Shown here one piece after another: positions 17,316-26,207 of a stretch of 32,000 nt of DNA; within the stretch, counting starts at the first letter, position 1; the number at the start of each line of letters is the position of its first letter. The position numbers and the translations under genes are program-made. The notes under the pieces were generated by a model. It saw only the letters and a program-made list of their open reading frames with translations. It was not told where the DNA came from and did not search any database. The DNA is from Nanobdella aerobiophila. Lineage in GTDB: Archaea > Nanobdellota > Nanobdellia > Nanobdellales > Nanobdellaceae. The DNA lies in assembly GCF_023169545.1 (NCBI RefSeq), contig NZ_AP019769.1, forward strand, positions 150,001 to 182,000, written 5' to 3'.

Positions 17316-17545
17316 TTATATTATATTTATTATATCCTTTATAAAATGTGTAGTATAAAATACTAATATTATAATATCAATTAAAAAATAAAATATTAAA
17401 CCTATAGATAAAAAGATAAGTCCTATATATATTATAAAAATTGGTAATCCAGTAATAAACTCATTAAAACTATCAGTAATAATAATAAGACAAGTTTTGG
17501 TTCTTTGATCATAGCTATTATTTTATTTGTATTTATAAATTTTTA
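17316..17545 (-). pseudogene. possible frameshifted small two-TM membrane protein
   Basis: ATG frame gives MIKEPKLVLLLLIVLMSLLLDYQFL*. A neighbouring frame stays open through GLPIFIIYIGLIFLSIGLIFYFLIDIIILVFYTTHFIKDIINII*. TTTATAAA lies about 28 nt upstream of the ATG. Confidence 0.35.
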
Positions 17546-17608
17546 CTGTCAAATAGGTAATTAATATTGATATACTTTCAAATTTTGCTAATAATCTCAA
17601 AATAAAGA

Positions 17609-17679
17609 TGGGACCGCGGGGACTCGAACCCCGATCCCTGGGACCCAAACCCAGTAGCCTACCGCTAGCCTACGGTCCC
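17609..17679 (-). tRNA. tRNA-Pro(UGG)
   Basis: Minus strand GGGACCG TA ... CTGGG TTTGGGT CCCAG GGAT CGGGG TTCGAGT CCCCG CGGTCCC A. 7-bp acceptor stem, anticodon TGG, discriminator A. Confidence 0.92.
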
Positions 17680-17736
17680 GATAATTAATAATGAATTTGT
17701 TGAAAATTTAAAAGGATTTTTAAAACATAATAATGA

Positions 17737-18711
17737 ATGCCACAGCATGGTCATCATAGACCCAGAAGAGTATCAATGCAATTTTGGCCAAGAGTAAGAA
17801 GTAGTAGAATATATCCTAGAATAAAAACATGGCCTCAAGTTGAGCAAACATCAATATTGGCTTTTGCTGGTTATAAGGTTGGAATGACTCATATTTTAAC
17901 TAATGATAATGCCTTTATGCCAGTTACTGTACTAGAGGTTCCAGCATTAAGAGTTTTTGGTATGAGATTATATAAAAAAGATATAAATAAGGGCTATAAT
18001 GTATTAACTGATTTGATCGGTGATTTTGATGATAACCTAAAGAAAAAAATAAAGACAATAAGGAGTAACAATAATATAGAAGAAAATATAAAAAGGGTAG
18101 AAGAAAAAATAAATGAAATATCTTTAATAAAACTGTTAGTGTATACTCAACCATGGTTAACAACTATAAAAAAGAAAAAACCAGAACTATTTGAGATTCC
18201 TATTGGTGGAAATAATATAAAAGAAATATTTAATTATGGAAAGAATTTATTGGGAAAAGAAATAAATATAGATAATGTATTCAAAGAAGGCGAATATGTA
18301 GATACAATTGGTGTTACTAAGGGTAAAGGTTTTACAGGGGAAGTTAAGAGATTTGGAACAAAAATACAGCCAAGGGAGTATAAGGTATCTAAATCTGCAA
18401 GACAGACTCATGCAAGGGGTGCAAGAGGAATGAGAAGGATATTTCCAACTACGCCAATGCCAGGACAATATGGTTTCTTTAGAAGAACTGAATATAATAA
18501 ATTAATATTAAAAATATCGGATAATATTAATGAAATAAATCCAAAATCTGGATGGCCACATTATGGTATAATTAAAAATAAATATATATTAATAAAGGGA
18601 TCTGTACAAGGTCCATCTAAAAGATTGATAATATTAAGAAAAGCGATAAGAGAAAAGAAAATTAAAGAAAAAATTGGTATAGGCTATATATCATTAATGC
18701 CAAAGAACTAA
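17737..18711 (+). CDS. rpl3: 50S ribosomal protein L3 (uL3)
   Basis: MPQHGHHRPRRVSMQFWPR...AFAGYKVGMTHI...GVTKGKGFTGEVKRFGTKIQPREYKVSKSARQTHARGARGMRRIFPTTPMPGQYGFFRRTEYN. Confidence 0.97.
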   Translation: MPQHGHHRPRRVSMQFWPRVRSSRIYPRIKTWPQVEQTSILAFAGYKVGMTHILTNDNAFMPVTVLEVPALRVFGMRLYKKDINKGYNVLTDLIGDFDDNLKKKIKTIRSNNNIEENIKRVEEKINEISLIKLLVYTQPWLTTIKKKKPELFEIPIGGNNIKEIFNYGKNLLGKEINIDNVFKEGEYVDTIGVTKGKGFTGEVKRFGTKIQPREYKVSKSARQTHARGARGMRRIFPTTPMPGQYGFFRRTEYNKLILKISDNINEINPKSGWPHYGIIKNKYILIKGSVQGPSKRLIILRKAIREKKIKEKIGIGYISLMPKN

Positions 18712-18737
18712 TAAATATATTTATGTAAAAGATAAAG

Positions 18738-19034
18738 ATGGAAGTTAAAATATACAGAGTTACTGGAAGGATAAATAAAGTAAAAATTGTACATGCCTCA
18801 AAGAGAAAAGAAGGTGTTATCACAAAAAGAAAGATTATATATAATTTTAGTAAGGAGGTTTTAGGATTAAATGAGAAAGAAGTTAAAGAGAGGATATTAT
18901 CTTTATTCGGAAGTGTGTATAAAGTAAAAAGAAATAATATATCTATTCAAGAAATTAAGGAAATAAAGAATGAGGATGTAACAGATCAAAAGTTAAGAAA
19001 ATTCTTAGAAATGTTAAAAAATGGACAATTATGA
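18738..19034 (+). CDS. rpl18a: 50S ribosomal protein L18Ae/LX-like (eL20)
   Basis: N-terminal KIYRVTGRI, then FSKEVLGLNEKEVKERILSLFGSVYKVKRNNISIQEIKEI. Adjacent to prefoldin alpha, as in many archaea. Confidence 0.75.
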   Translation: MEVKIYRVTGRINKVKIVHASKRKEGVITKRKIIYNFSKEVLGLNEKEVKERILSLFGSVYKVKRNNISIQEIKEIKNEDVTDQKLRKFLEMLKNGQL

Positions 19035-19362
19035 TGAAATATTAGATCAATTGTATCAAGAAAAAGAATTATTGGAAAAGAAGATTGTAGAATATTCATT
19101 AATGAAACAATATGTAAAAGACTTAAAAAAGGAAGATAATGCGTATATAAATGTAGGTGGTTATATATTTGCTAAGGGATCTATAGCTGATCAAGATAAT
19201 TTATTGATAAATGTAGGAAGGGGGATATTTATAGAAAAAAGCAGAGATGATGTGCTTAAAATCATAGATGAGGTAGTGAATAAATTAACACAGGAATTAG
19301 ATAACTTGAATAAAAATATATTGGTCATTTTGAATCGAAAAAAGTCTCCTCAACCTTTATAA
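19021..19362 (+). CDS. pfdA: prefoldin alpha subunit
   Basis: Coiled coil - YINVGGYIFAKGSIADQDNLLINVGRGIFIEKSRDDVLKII - coiled coil. Overlaps the L18Ae gene. Confidence 0.85.
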   Translation: MDNYDEILDQLYQEKELLEKKIVEYSLMKQYVKDLKKEDNAYINVGGYIFAKGSIADQDNLLINVGRGIFIEKSRDDVLKIIDEVVNKLTQELDNLNKNILVILNRKKSPQPL

Positions 19363-19969
19363 TCTCGTGACCTGTGCTATTTTTTCCTACGATAATATAT
19401 CTACTATTAATTTCTATTCCATATCTCATATATGGGCTTCCAAAATTTATAGATCCAATCTCGATACTATATTTTGTTATTTCTGATATCTTTTCTAATA
19501 TATTATCAGTTAATTCTTGAGATATAAGTAGTTTGTTATTATATAACTTTGAGATACTACCAATTAAATATTTTATCTTTATCCTTTGAGAAGGCAGAGA
19601 CAGTTTTTCTGATAATTTCTTAGCATCATATTCTTTTCCTGAAGAGTATAATATACCATTCTTTCCAACTAAAAATAAGTTTCCTATAGTGTTTTCTATA
19701 GTATCAACTTCAATTATATCAAATTTTGATTTTAGTATTTCTTTTAGCTCTCCAGGAGAACTCTTGCTAATTATAATATTGCCATTATATTCTATAAAAT
19801 AAGGAGTTATTATTGGTGAATTTATATAATACTTGTATATATCTAGATTTAATTTTTCTATACTATTTTTATATAAATTGCTAGCTATCAGAAAATCTTC
19901 AAATAGGTGCATTATTAATCCAATAGAGCCAATTTCTATATTTTCAGCTTTTTTTATTATCATTATCAA
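19325..19969 (-). CDS. eif6: translation initiation factor 6 (aIF6)
   Basis: Pseudo-repeats with ENTIGNLFLVGKNGILYSS and GSINFGSPYMRYGIEINSRYIIVGKNSTGHEIIKVEE, a characteristic aIF6 C-terminus. The start may be a few codons internal. Confidence 0.85.
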   Translation of the reverse strand: MIMIIKKAENIEIGSIGLIMHLFEDFLIASNLYKNSIEKLNLDIYKYYINSPIITPYFIEYNGNIIISKSSPGELKEILKSKFDIIEVDTIENTIGNLFLVGKNGILYSSGKEYDAKKLSEKLSLPSQRIKIKYLIGSISKLYNNKLLISQELTDNILEKISEITKYSIEIGSINFGSPYMRYGIEINSRYIIVGKNSTGHEIIKVEETFFDSK

Positions 19970-20039
19970 TATTGATTATCAATATAGTTATAAAGATTCA
20001 AATTTAAAATTTATATTTTTAGGAGTATTTAAAGAAGAT

Positions 20040-20774
20040 ATGAATATATTTTCTAGTATATTTAAGAAGAAATCGGAAAAAGGACCTGAGACAATTAAAA
20101 CACCAGAAGTCCCTGCACAAAATCAAATGTCTTATAATTCTGAGATTAAGAATATATCTAGTTCTATTGAAGGACTAGCTAAATCTGTTAGAGAGTTAGA
20201 AAATACAGTTTCTGATACTATAAATAAGATATCTGATATAAGTTCTAAAGTCGAGTCAAATCAAAGTGAGATAAGTTCTATAAAAAATAATATGGAGAAA
20301 GTATTTTCTATTTATGAGATATTAGTTAAGAATTATAATCCATTTATACAAGATGAAGAGAGAGAAGAAAAACAGATAGAACCTGTAAATACATCTCAAG
20401 ATAGTGTAAAAATTGATAGTAATGATCTGCCACTAGATAAAATATCTGATAATCCAACTGTCGCATCTATATTAATTGGTTGGCTTTCATATTTAATAAA
20501 AAAATCAAATGATGAAGAAGTAGATAAAGCCTTAGATTATTATGAAGAAATAAACTGGATAACTGAAAAAGTAAAGATAAAATTGAAGGAATATTTAAAT
20601 GGTTTGATAGATATAGAGGGTGAAAATAAAAAACTAACACCTATGGACCATATAGTAAGTCTATATATAATATCCAAATTATCAAAATTAAAGTCTGAAA
20701 GCAATATAGAAAGATTAAAGGATTTATATGGAGAGCTAATAGAGAAAGGATATATATCTCCAATTAAGAGATGA
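20040..20774 (+). CDS. archaellum accessory protein of the ArlD/E (FlaD/E) family
   Basis: Trimmed to MNIFSSIFKKKSEK. Coiled coil, then a C-terminal domain ending KKLTPMDHIVSLYIISKLSKL...LYGELIEKGYISPI, the FlaD/E signature. Located upstream of ArlH and ArlI. Confidence 0.75.
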   Translation: MNIFSSIFKKKSEKGPETIKTPEVPAQNQMSYNSEIKNISSSIEGLAKSVRELENTVSDTINKISDISSKVESNQSEISSIKNNMEKVFSIYEILVKNYNPFIQDEEREEKQIEPVNTSQDSVKIDSNDLPLDKISDNPTVASILIGWLSYLIKKSNDEEVDKALDYYEEINWITEKVKIKLKEYLNGLIDIEGENKKLTPMDHIVSLYIISKLSKLKSESNIERLKDLYGELIEKGYISPIKR

Positions 20775-21160
20775 TAAAAGAAGTATTATACTTAAGTATA
20801 CTATTCTTAGTAGGTTATTTTGTATTATCATATTTCTTTAATTTTTATAATATATCTGGTAAATTTATAGCAAATCAATTTCTAAATCAGACGAATAATA
20901 TTAATTATCAATCTCCGGTTAGTTATGTTATATATGATTATAATATTAATAATCAGAGTTTATTATATCTAGTTCAAAGCGGTATGGATGGTTGTATAAA
21001 AAATGTTTATGTGGGTAATCAAGAGGTGAATTTTAGTTATAATCTTTCTAATTCTTATACATATCAGTTATATGTAGATTATCCAGTAGATGTAGGAGAT
21101 AATATTACTATAACTTTTTGTAATGGCCAATCAAATTTATATACAATATCAAATGGTTAA
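20771..21160 (+). CDS. ArlF/ArlG (FlaF/FlaG)-like membrane-anchored beta-rich protein
   Basis: 129 aa, N-terminal TM then beta-rich domain, overlapping both neighbours within the archaellum-type operon. The call rests mostly on synteny. Confidence 0.6.
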   Translation: MIKEVLYLSILFLVGYFVLSYFFNFYNISGKFIANQFLNQTNNINYQSPVSYVIYDYNINNQSLLYLVQSGMDGCIKNVYVGNQEVNFSYNLSNSYTYQLYVDYPVDVGDNITITFCNGQSNLYTISNG

Positions 21161-21857
21161 TTATATAGATATATATCTTGATAGAGATGAGTTTGCAGAT
21201 AGGCTGGGAGGTTCAATTCCTAAAGGTAGTATATTTATTATAGAGGGTGAAGATGGGGCTGGAAAGAGCATAATATCTCAAAGACTATCTTATGGGTCGT
21301 TATTAAACAAAAATAAAGTTACTTATATATCTTCGGAATTATCCGTTGTCGATTTTGTTAAACAAATGGATTCATTGGGTTATGATATAAAGGATTATTT
21401 ATTAAGTCAAGATTTATTGTTTATATCTACCTTATATATGTTCGGAAAAATAAAAGAGAAGGAGAATTTAATATTTGAATTAACAAAGGAAAAATCTAGA
21501 AAAATATTTGATAGTGATCTAATTATATTGGATTCTTTATCCTATCCATTAATAAATGGTTTAGATAAGATGGGATCTGTAAGATTACTCGAATTTTTAA
21601 ATAAGGTAAAAAATATGGAAAAAACAATAATTATTACTTATAGTCCTAATGATATAAATGAATTTTTTGTTAAGAATATTAGAAGGATAGCAGATATTTA
21701 TTTTGATTTAAAATTTAGTTCAATAGATGAGGGTTCTGGATTGAAAATGGTAAATATAAGAAGATTTAGATATGCAAGGGGTGTATATAATAATGTTATA
21801 CCATTCAGAGTGGAGCCAAATATAGGCCTAATAGTGGAGATATCATCTTATGTATAA
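21153..21857 (+). CDS. arlH: archaellum ATPase-like protein ArlH (FlaH), KaiC/RecA fold
   Basis: GSIPKGSIFIIEGEDGAGKSIISQRLSYG (Walker A), DLIILDSLSYPLI (Walker B), GSGLKMVNIRRFRYARGVYNNVIPFRVEPNIGL. Start trimmed to MVNYIDIYLD. Confidence 0.88.
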   Translation: MVNYIDIYLDRDEFADRLGGSIPKGSIFIIEGEDGAGKSIISQRLSYGSLLNKNKVTYISSELSVVDFVKQMDSLGYDIKDYLLSQDLLFISTLYMFGKIKEKENLIFELTKEKSRKIFDSDLIILDSLSYPLINGLDKMGSVRLLEFLNKVKNMEKTIIITYSPNDINEFFVKNIRRIADIYFDLKFSSIDEGSGLKMVNIRRFRYARGVYNNVIPFRVEPNIGLIVEISSYV

Positions 21858-23536
21858 TGCCAGAGTCTCAACAATTACAGGATAATAAAGAATATGTAAT
21901 AAAAGGAAATAGAAAAGATATAGTAAGCTATGGTATAACAACAAACTTTGATGAAGCAATATCAAAATTTCCACACCTAAGAGATTATATAAATAATGTA
22001 TCTGTAAAATTTGGATTACCAGAATGGATGACCTCATTAGACTTTTCATTAAAAGGAAGAGAAGAATTTAATATACTATATCCTGTTGGAGATCCGATAT
22101 TTATTCATATATATAAATTATCTTCTGGTGATACTTATTATAATGTGATTGAACCGGAGATGAATGAGGAAGAATCAAAAAAATTAGAAAAAATCCAAAC
22201 AAAAATTGTAAAATATTCTATAGAAAGTGTAAATGAGAATAATGTTGATGAAATAAAGAAGGTGATTATTAATATATTTAATAGCATTATAACTGTTGGG
22301 AAAAGACAGCTATTTTCAGATAAAATATATATAAAAGATCAAAATGAATATCAAAAATTATTATACTTTCTAATAAGGGAAAGATTTGGATACGGATTTC
22401 TAGAACCATTTTTAAGAGATCCATACTTGGAAGATGTACATATACTGGGAATAGGGCCAATTTATGTGGTCCATAAAATATTTGGAATGTTAAAGACAAA
22501 TAAAGTATTCAGAGATGATAAATCATTGAATAGATATATATTAAGGTATTCTGAAATAGTCGATAGACCCGCTTCTGAAACAAGGCCCATAGTAGATGCT
22601 ATATTACCAGATGGTTCAAGAGTTAATTTTATATATGGGAAGGATATATCCTTACAAGGTTCATCATTTACTATAAGAAAATTTAGTGCTAAACCATTAA
22701 GTATAACACAATTAATATCTTTTGGTACAATATCTCCAGAAGAAGCCGCATATCTGTGGTTAACGATAGAAAATGGGATGAATATTGTTATTTCTGGTGA
22801 AACTGCATCCGGAAAAACTACATTATTAAATGCATTAACAACCTTTATTAAGCCAGATGCAAAGGTATACTCTGTAGAAGATACCCCGGAATTAAATATA
22901 CCTCATCCAATATGGCAAAGACTAGTAACAAGGGAAGTAGGGAAGAGTGCAGATATATCTATGTTTGATCTATTAAAAGCTGCATTAAGATCTAGACCAA
23001 ATTATATACTAATTGGTGAGATTAGAGGAAAAGAGGGTTCAGTAGCATTTCAGGCTATGCAGACAGGACACCCTGTGATTACGACATTTCACTCTGGTAA
23101 TATAGGATCATTAATCGAGAGGCTTACTGGCGACCCAATAAATATACCAATTACTTTTATAGATAATCTAAATATTGCAGTATTTACATCTTCTGTGACA
23201 ATAAAAGGTAAATCAGAGAGAAGGATAACAAGTATATATGAAATTGAGAGATATGTCGCGGAACTAAAAAAAGTATCTGTCAGAAGGGTATTTGGATGGG
23301 AATCTACAAGAGATAGGCATACATTTTCTGGAAAATATAATAGTTATATATTAGAGAAAAAAGTAGCACCATTAATGAAAATAGAGGATAAGAGGAAAAT
23401 TTATGAAATTATAGATTATAGAAAAAGAATTTTAGAAAAAATGACAAAGGAAGAAATATTTGACTTCTTTGAAGTTTGGGAAATATTGAAAGGGTTCTAT
23501 ATAAATGGTAGATCTGCTCTCCCATTTACTATATAA
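21857..23536 (+). CDS. arlI: archaellum/type IV pilus assembly ATPase ArlI (FlaI)
   Basis: RYSEIVDRPASETRPIVDAILPDGSRVNFIYG, FTIRKFS, GETASGKTTLLNAL, YSVEDTPELNIPH, RPNYILIGEIRGKEGSVAFQAMQTGHPVITTFHSG. Confidence 0.93.
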   Translation: MPESQQLQDNKEYVIKGNRKDIVSYGITTNFDEAISKFPHLRDYINNVSVKFGLPEWMTSLDFSLKGREEFNILYPVGDPIFIHIYKLSSGDTYYNVIEPEMNEEESKKLEKIQTKIVKYSIESVNENNVDEIKKVIINIFNSIITVGKRQLFSDKIYIKDQNEYQKLLYFLIRERFGYGFLEPFLRDPYLEDVHILGIGPIYVVHKIFGMLKTNKVFRDDKSLNRYILRYSEIVDRPASETRPIVDAILPDGSRVNFIYGKDISLQGSSFTIRKFSAKPLSITQLISFGTISPEEAAYLWLTIENGMNIVISGETASGKTTLLNALTTFIKPDAKVYSVEDTPELNIPHPIWQRLVTREVGKSADISMFDLLKAALRSRPNYILIGEIRGKEGSVAFQAMQTGHPVITTFHSGNIGSLIERLTGDPINIPITFIDNLNIAVFTSSVTIKGKSERRITSIYEIERYVAELKKVSVRRVFGWESTRDRHTFSGKYNSYILEKKVAPLMKIEDKRKIYEIIDYRKRILEKMTKEEIFDFFEVWEILKGFYINGRSALPFTI

Positions 23537-23616
23537 TTTTTAAATATTTAAAAGAAATATTAAAATATGAAACATAGTCGGTATTGGAAAGGCAAATATT
23601 TTTAATTTAATATATT

Positions 23617-24891
23617 ATGATGGATGAAGATTTAGTAAAAGTATTTTTATGGAAAAAACCTTCTATAGAAGTGTTAGGGGATGAAAAAGTTAATAAAATA
23701 GGCAATTTTAAGCATTATATAGGTTTTGAAATATCAGGATATGTACATATAGGTACAGGAATAGTCTCCGGATATAAAATAATAGATTCTAGCAGGATAG
23801 GAGAAGCAACTGTATTTTTAGCAGACTGGCATTCAATGATAAATAATAAATTAGGAGGTGATATTGAAGTAATTAGAAGGGTTGCAGAAGGATATTTTTC
23901 AGAAGCTATGAAACAAAGTATTAAATCTCTAGGTGGAGACCCGGATAGAGTAAAATTTGTATTAGCTTCTGATATATATGATAATGATTATTGGAGCGAA
24001 GTTATAAAAATTGGAAAAAACACAACATTAAATAGGACACTAAGAGCAATAACTATTATGGGTAGATTAGCAAATGATGCAGTACCATCGGCGTATTTAA
24101 TATATCCATTAATGCAAGCAGCAGATATAATATTTCAAAAGATAAATATAGCACATGCAGGATTAGATCAGAGAAAGGCACATGTTATTGCATTGGAATA
24201 TGCGGATAAAATAGATTATCCTTTAATCGCTATGCATCAACAATTAATAACAAACTTACAGTTATCCATAGAAACTTTCCAGAAATTGAAACAAGGAAAT
24301 AAGAGAGAAGCAAAACAAGAATTATCTGAATTAAAGATGTCTAAATCAATAGTTGGTTCTGCAATATTTGTACATGAATCTAGTGATGAAATAAAAGAGA
24401 AAATAAATAAAGCATTCTGTCCTATGAAAGAATTAGAATTTAATCCAATATGGGAGATGATAGAGTACTTAATATTTAGAAATCAGGAAAATTATGGATT
24501 ATTAAAATTATTATTAGAAAGAGGATATAAAATTGAAGAAATAGCAGGAAAACTGGATTATGATACCTATGATAAATTAAAAGATGAGAACAGACTTAAT
24601 TGGGAGAGAATATACGAGTATGCGAATAAAGAATCCAATGAACTATATAAAAGTACATTTGAAGATATAGAATTTGAAATTATAAATGGAAAAACAGGAG
24701 AAAGAAAAGTATATAATAGATTATGGGAACTAAGAAAAGACTGGATAGATGGAAAAATACATCCTTTAGATCTAAAGAAGGCGGTAGGGGATTGGTTGGC
24801 AAGTAAATTAGAACCTATACATAAATACTTTACGGAAGGACCTGGTAGAAGATATAAAGAAGAATTAGATAGTGTTAAGATTACAAGGTAG
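23617..24891 (+). CDS. tyrS: tyrosyl-tRNA synthetase, archaeal type
   Basis: YIGFEISGYVHIGTG...FLADWHSMINNKLGG...YLIYPLMQAADIIF...IAHAGLDQRKAHVIALEYA...ELKMSKS...INKAFCP...HPLDLKKAVGDWLASKLEPI. Confidence 0.88.
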   Translation: MMDEDLVKVFLWKKPSIEVLGDEKVNKIGNFKHYIGFEISGYVHIGTGIVSGYKIIDSSRIGEATVFLADWHSMINNKLGGDIEVIRRVAEGYFSEAMKQSIKSLGGDPDRVKFVLASDIYDNDYWSEVIKIGKNTTLNRTLRAITIMGRLANDAVPSAYLIYPLMQAADIIFQKINIAHAGLDQRKAHVIALEYADKIDYPLIAMHQQLITNLQLSIETFQKLKQGNKREAKQELSELKMSKSIVGSAIFVHESSDEIKEKINKAFCPMKELEFNPIWEMIEYLIFRNQENYGLLKLLLERGYKIEEIAGKLDYDTYDKLKDENRLNWERIYEYANKESNELYKSTFEDIEFEIINGKTGERKVYNRLWELRKDWIDGKIHPLDLKKAVGDWLASKLEPIHKYFTEGPGRRYKEELDSVKITR

Positions 24892-24925
24892 TACTTTTTA
24901 TAAATATTTTTTCTAATGTTTATTA

Positions 24926-25258
24926 ATGAAGATAGATAATATGGTTGACAATTTAATTATGTACTTAAATTTGTATAGACTTCATTCAAAGAAAATATTT
25001 AATAAGATGAATAATCAAGATATGAAGGCTCTATTACTTATATCATATAAAGAGGATGATATATTAAATAATATAAAAGAAATAATAAATAATAGAGAAA
25101 TATTTAAAGAATATTTGAATGAAAATAATTATAGGAAAGCATATATGGTATATAGAAATATAAAAGACAAATATGATATCACGGAAAAAATCCTCATAGA
25201 TAGAATAGAGGAGATTATAAAAATAAGGGCTCTAGATATTATGAAGTCAACTCATTAG
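24926..25258 (+). CDS. hypothetical protein, helical
   Basis: 110-aa ORF with charged helical composition directly downstream of tyrS. No family recognised. Confidence 0.5.
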   Translation: MKIDNMVDNLIMYLNLYRLHSKKIFNKMNNQDMKALLLISYKEDDILNNIKEIINNREIFKEYLNENNYRKAYMVYRNIKDKYDITEKILIDRIEEIIKIRALDIMKSTH

Positions 25259-25399
25259 ATATATAATTTAATTATAATTATATAAAAATTATAGAAAAAA
25301 GGAGTATTGTATGAATCCTAAAAAACGATAAAAAACTTAGATAGTAGAAATAGTATATAGAATTTACAAAGCCTTAGACAGAAGGTTATGAATAAAACT

Positions 25400-26170
25400 T
25401 TATATTATCAGTTTTTTAACTATCTGGTATATTAATTCTCTTCCTAAATCTTTTTTTATATTTTTTGTAGGATCCCATACTAATTTCTTTCTTAATAGGT
25501 CATCGGATGTCCTTAGAATTCCTATTGCTTTTTTATTGTAATAATAAGCTAGTCTATATACTGCAGATAATTCCATATCAATTGTTGCAATATTAAATTT
25601 TTTGAAATATTCAATTAATTCGTCAGTTTCTGAATAAAATATTTCTAGTATTAATATCTTTAATGCTTGTTTCTTTTGCTATAGAATTAACTAAATTTAG
25701 TAATTCTTTATCTGCAATCGGTAAAGCTTCATTATTATCAACATATTCTGTACTAACATTTTCCCATGCTAATACATATTCTGGTATATTTATATCTCCG
25801 TTGGTCAAATCTTCATGAAAACTTGCACAAGTACCTAAAAATACTATTTCTTTTACATCTGGATTCCTACATAGTACATAAAATCTATCAAGAGATTCTG
25901 TTAATCCCCTGCCAGTTAATAAAAATAAAGTATTATTTATTTTATAATTTTTATCTATTTTTCTAAGTACGCGATCTCCAGGTATTATTTCTTCAATTTT
26001 ATACCCTTCGTTTTTTAATCTTTCAATCCATTTATCTGGTAATTCTTCTTTCCATTCTATAGGGGATATAATTATTCTTTCAGTTAATTTTTCTACTCCA
26101 AATTCTTCTAATAAAACCTCTTTAGAAGTAATATATCTTTTATATGCAATAAAACCATTTTATATTATTT
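25400..26170 (-). pseudogene. nucleoside phosphorylase-like gene with multiple frame lesions
   Basis: Frames join as AYKRYITSKEVLLEEFGVEKLTERII / SPIEWKEELPDKW...IIPGDRVLRK...FLLTGRGLTESLDRFYVLCRN...VFLGTCASFHEDLTNGDINIP...LLNLVNSIAKE / ALKILILEIFYSETDELIEYFKKFNIATIDMELSAVYRLAYYYNKKAIGILRTSDD. Confidence 0.75.
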
Positions 26171-26207
26171 TATTTAAAAAGTCGTTGTGAAATCATTATC
26201 TAAAAAA

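Noticed and set aside
17145-17679. Split or intron-containing tRNA genes, which are known in Nanoarchaeum
   Set aside because: Both tRNAs fold as complete uninterrupted cloverleaves with no bulge-helix-bulge insertion visible.
17924-18468. Minus-strand ORFs of 79 and 73 aa in rpl3
   Set aside because: Antisense to highly conserved ribosomal protein L3.
19833-20039. N-terminal extension of the ArlD/E-like ORF
   Set aside because: The 69-residue extension overlaps aIF6 on the other strand and reads as non-coding. MNIFSSIFKKKSEK at 20040 is a better start.
21843-22499. Minus-strand ORFs of 68 and 70 aa in arlI
   Set aside because: Shadow ORFs opposite the conserved ATPase.
25300-25322. Micro-ORF MNPKKR after GGAG at about 25301
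   Set aside because: Only six codons with no further support. Too short to separate from chance.
25623-25966. 61-aa minus ORF and 66-aa plus ORF treated as independent genes
   Set aside because: The 61-aa ORF is one in-frame piece of the broken nucleoside phosphorylase. The plus ORF is its antisense shadow.
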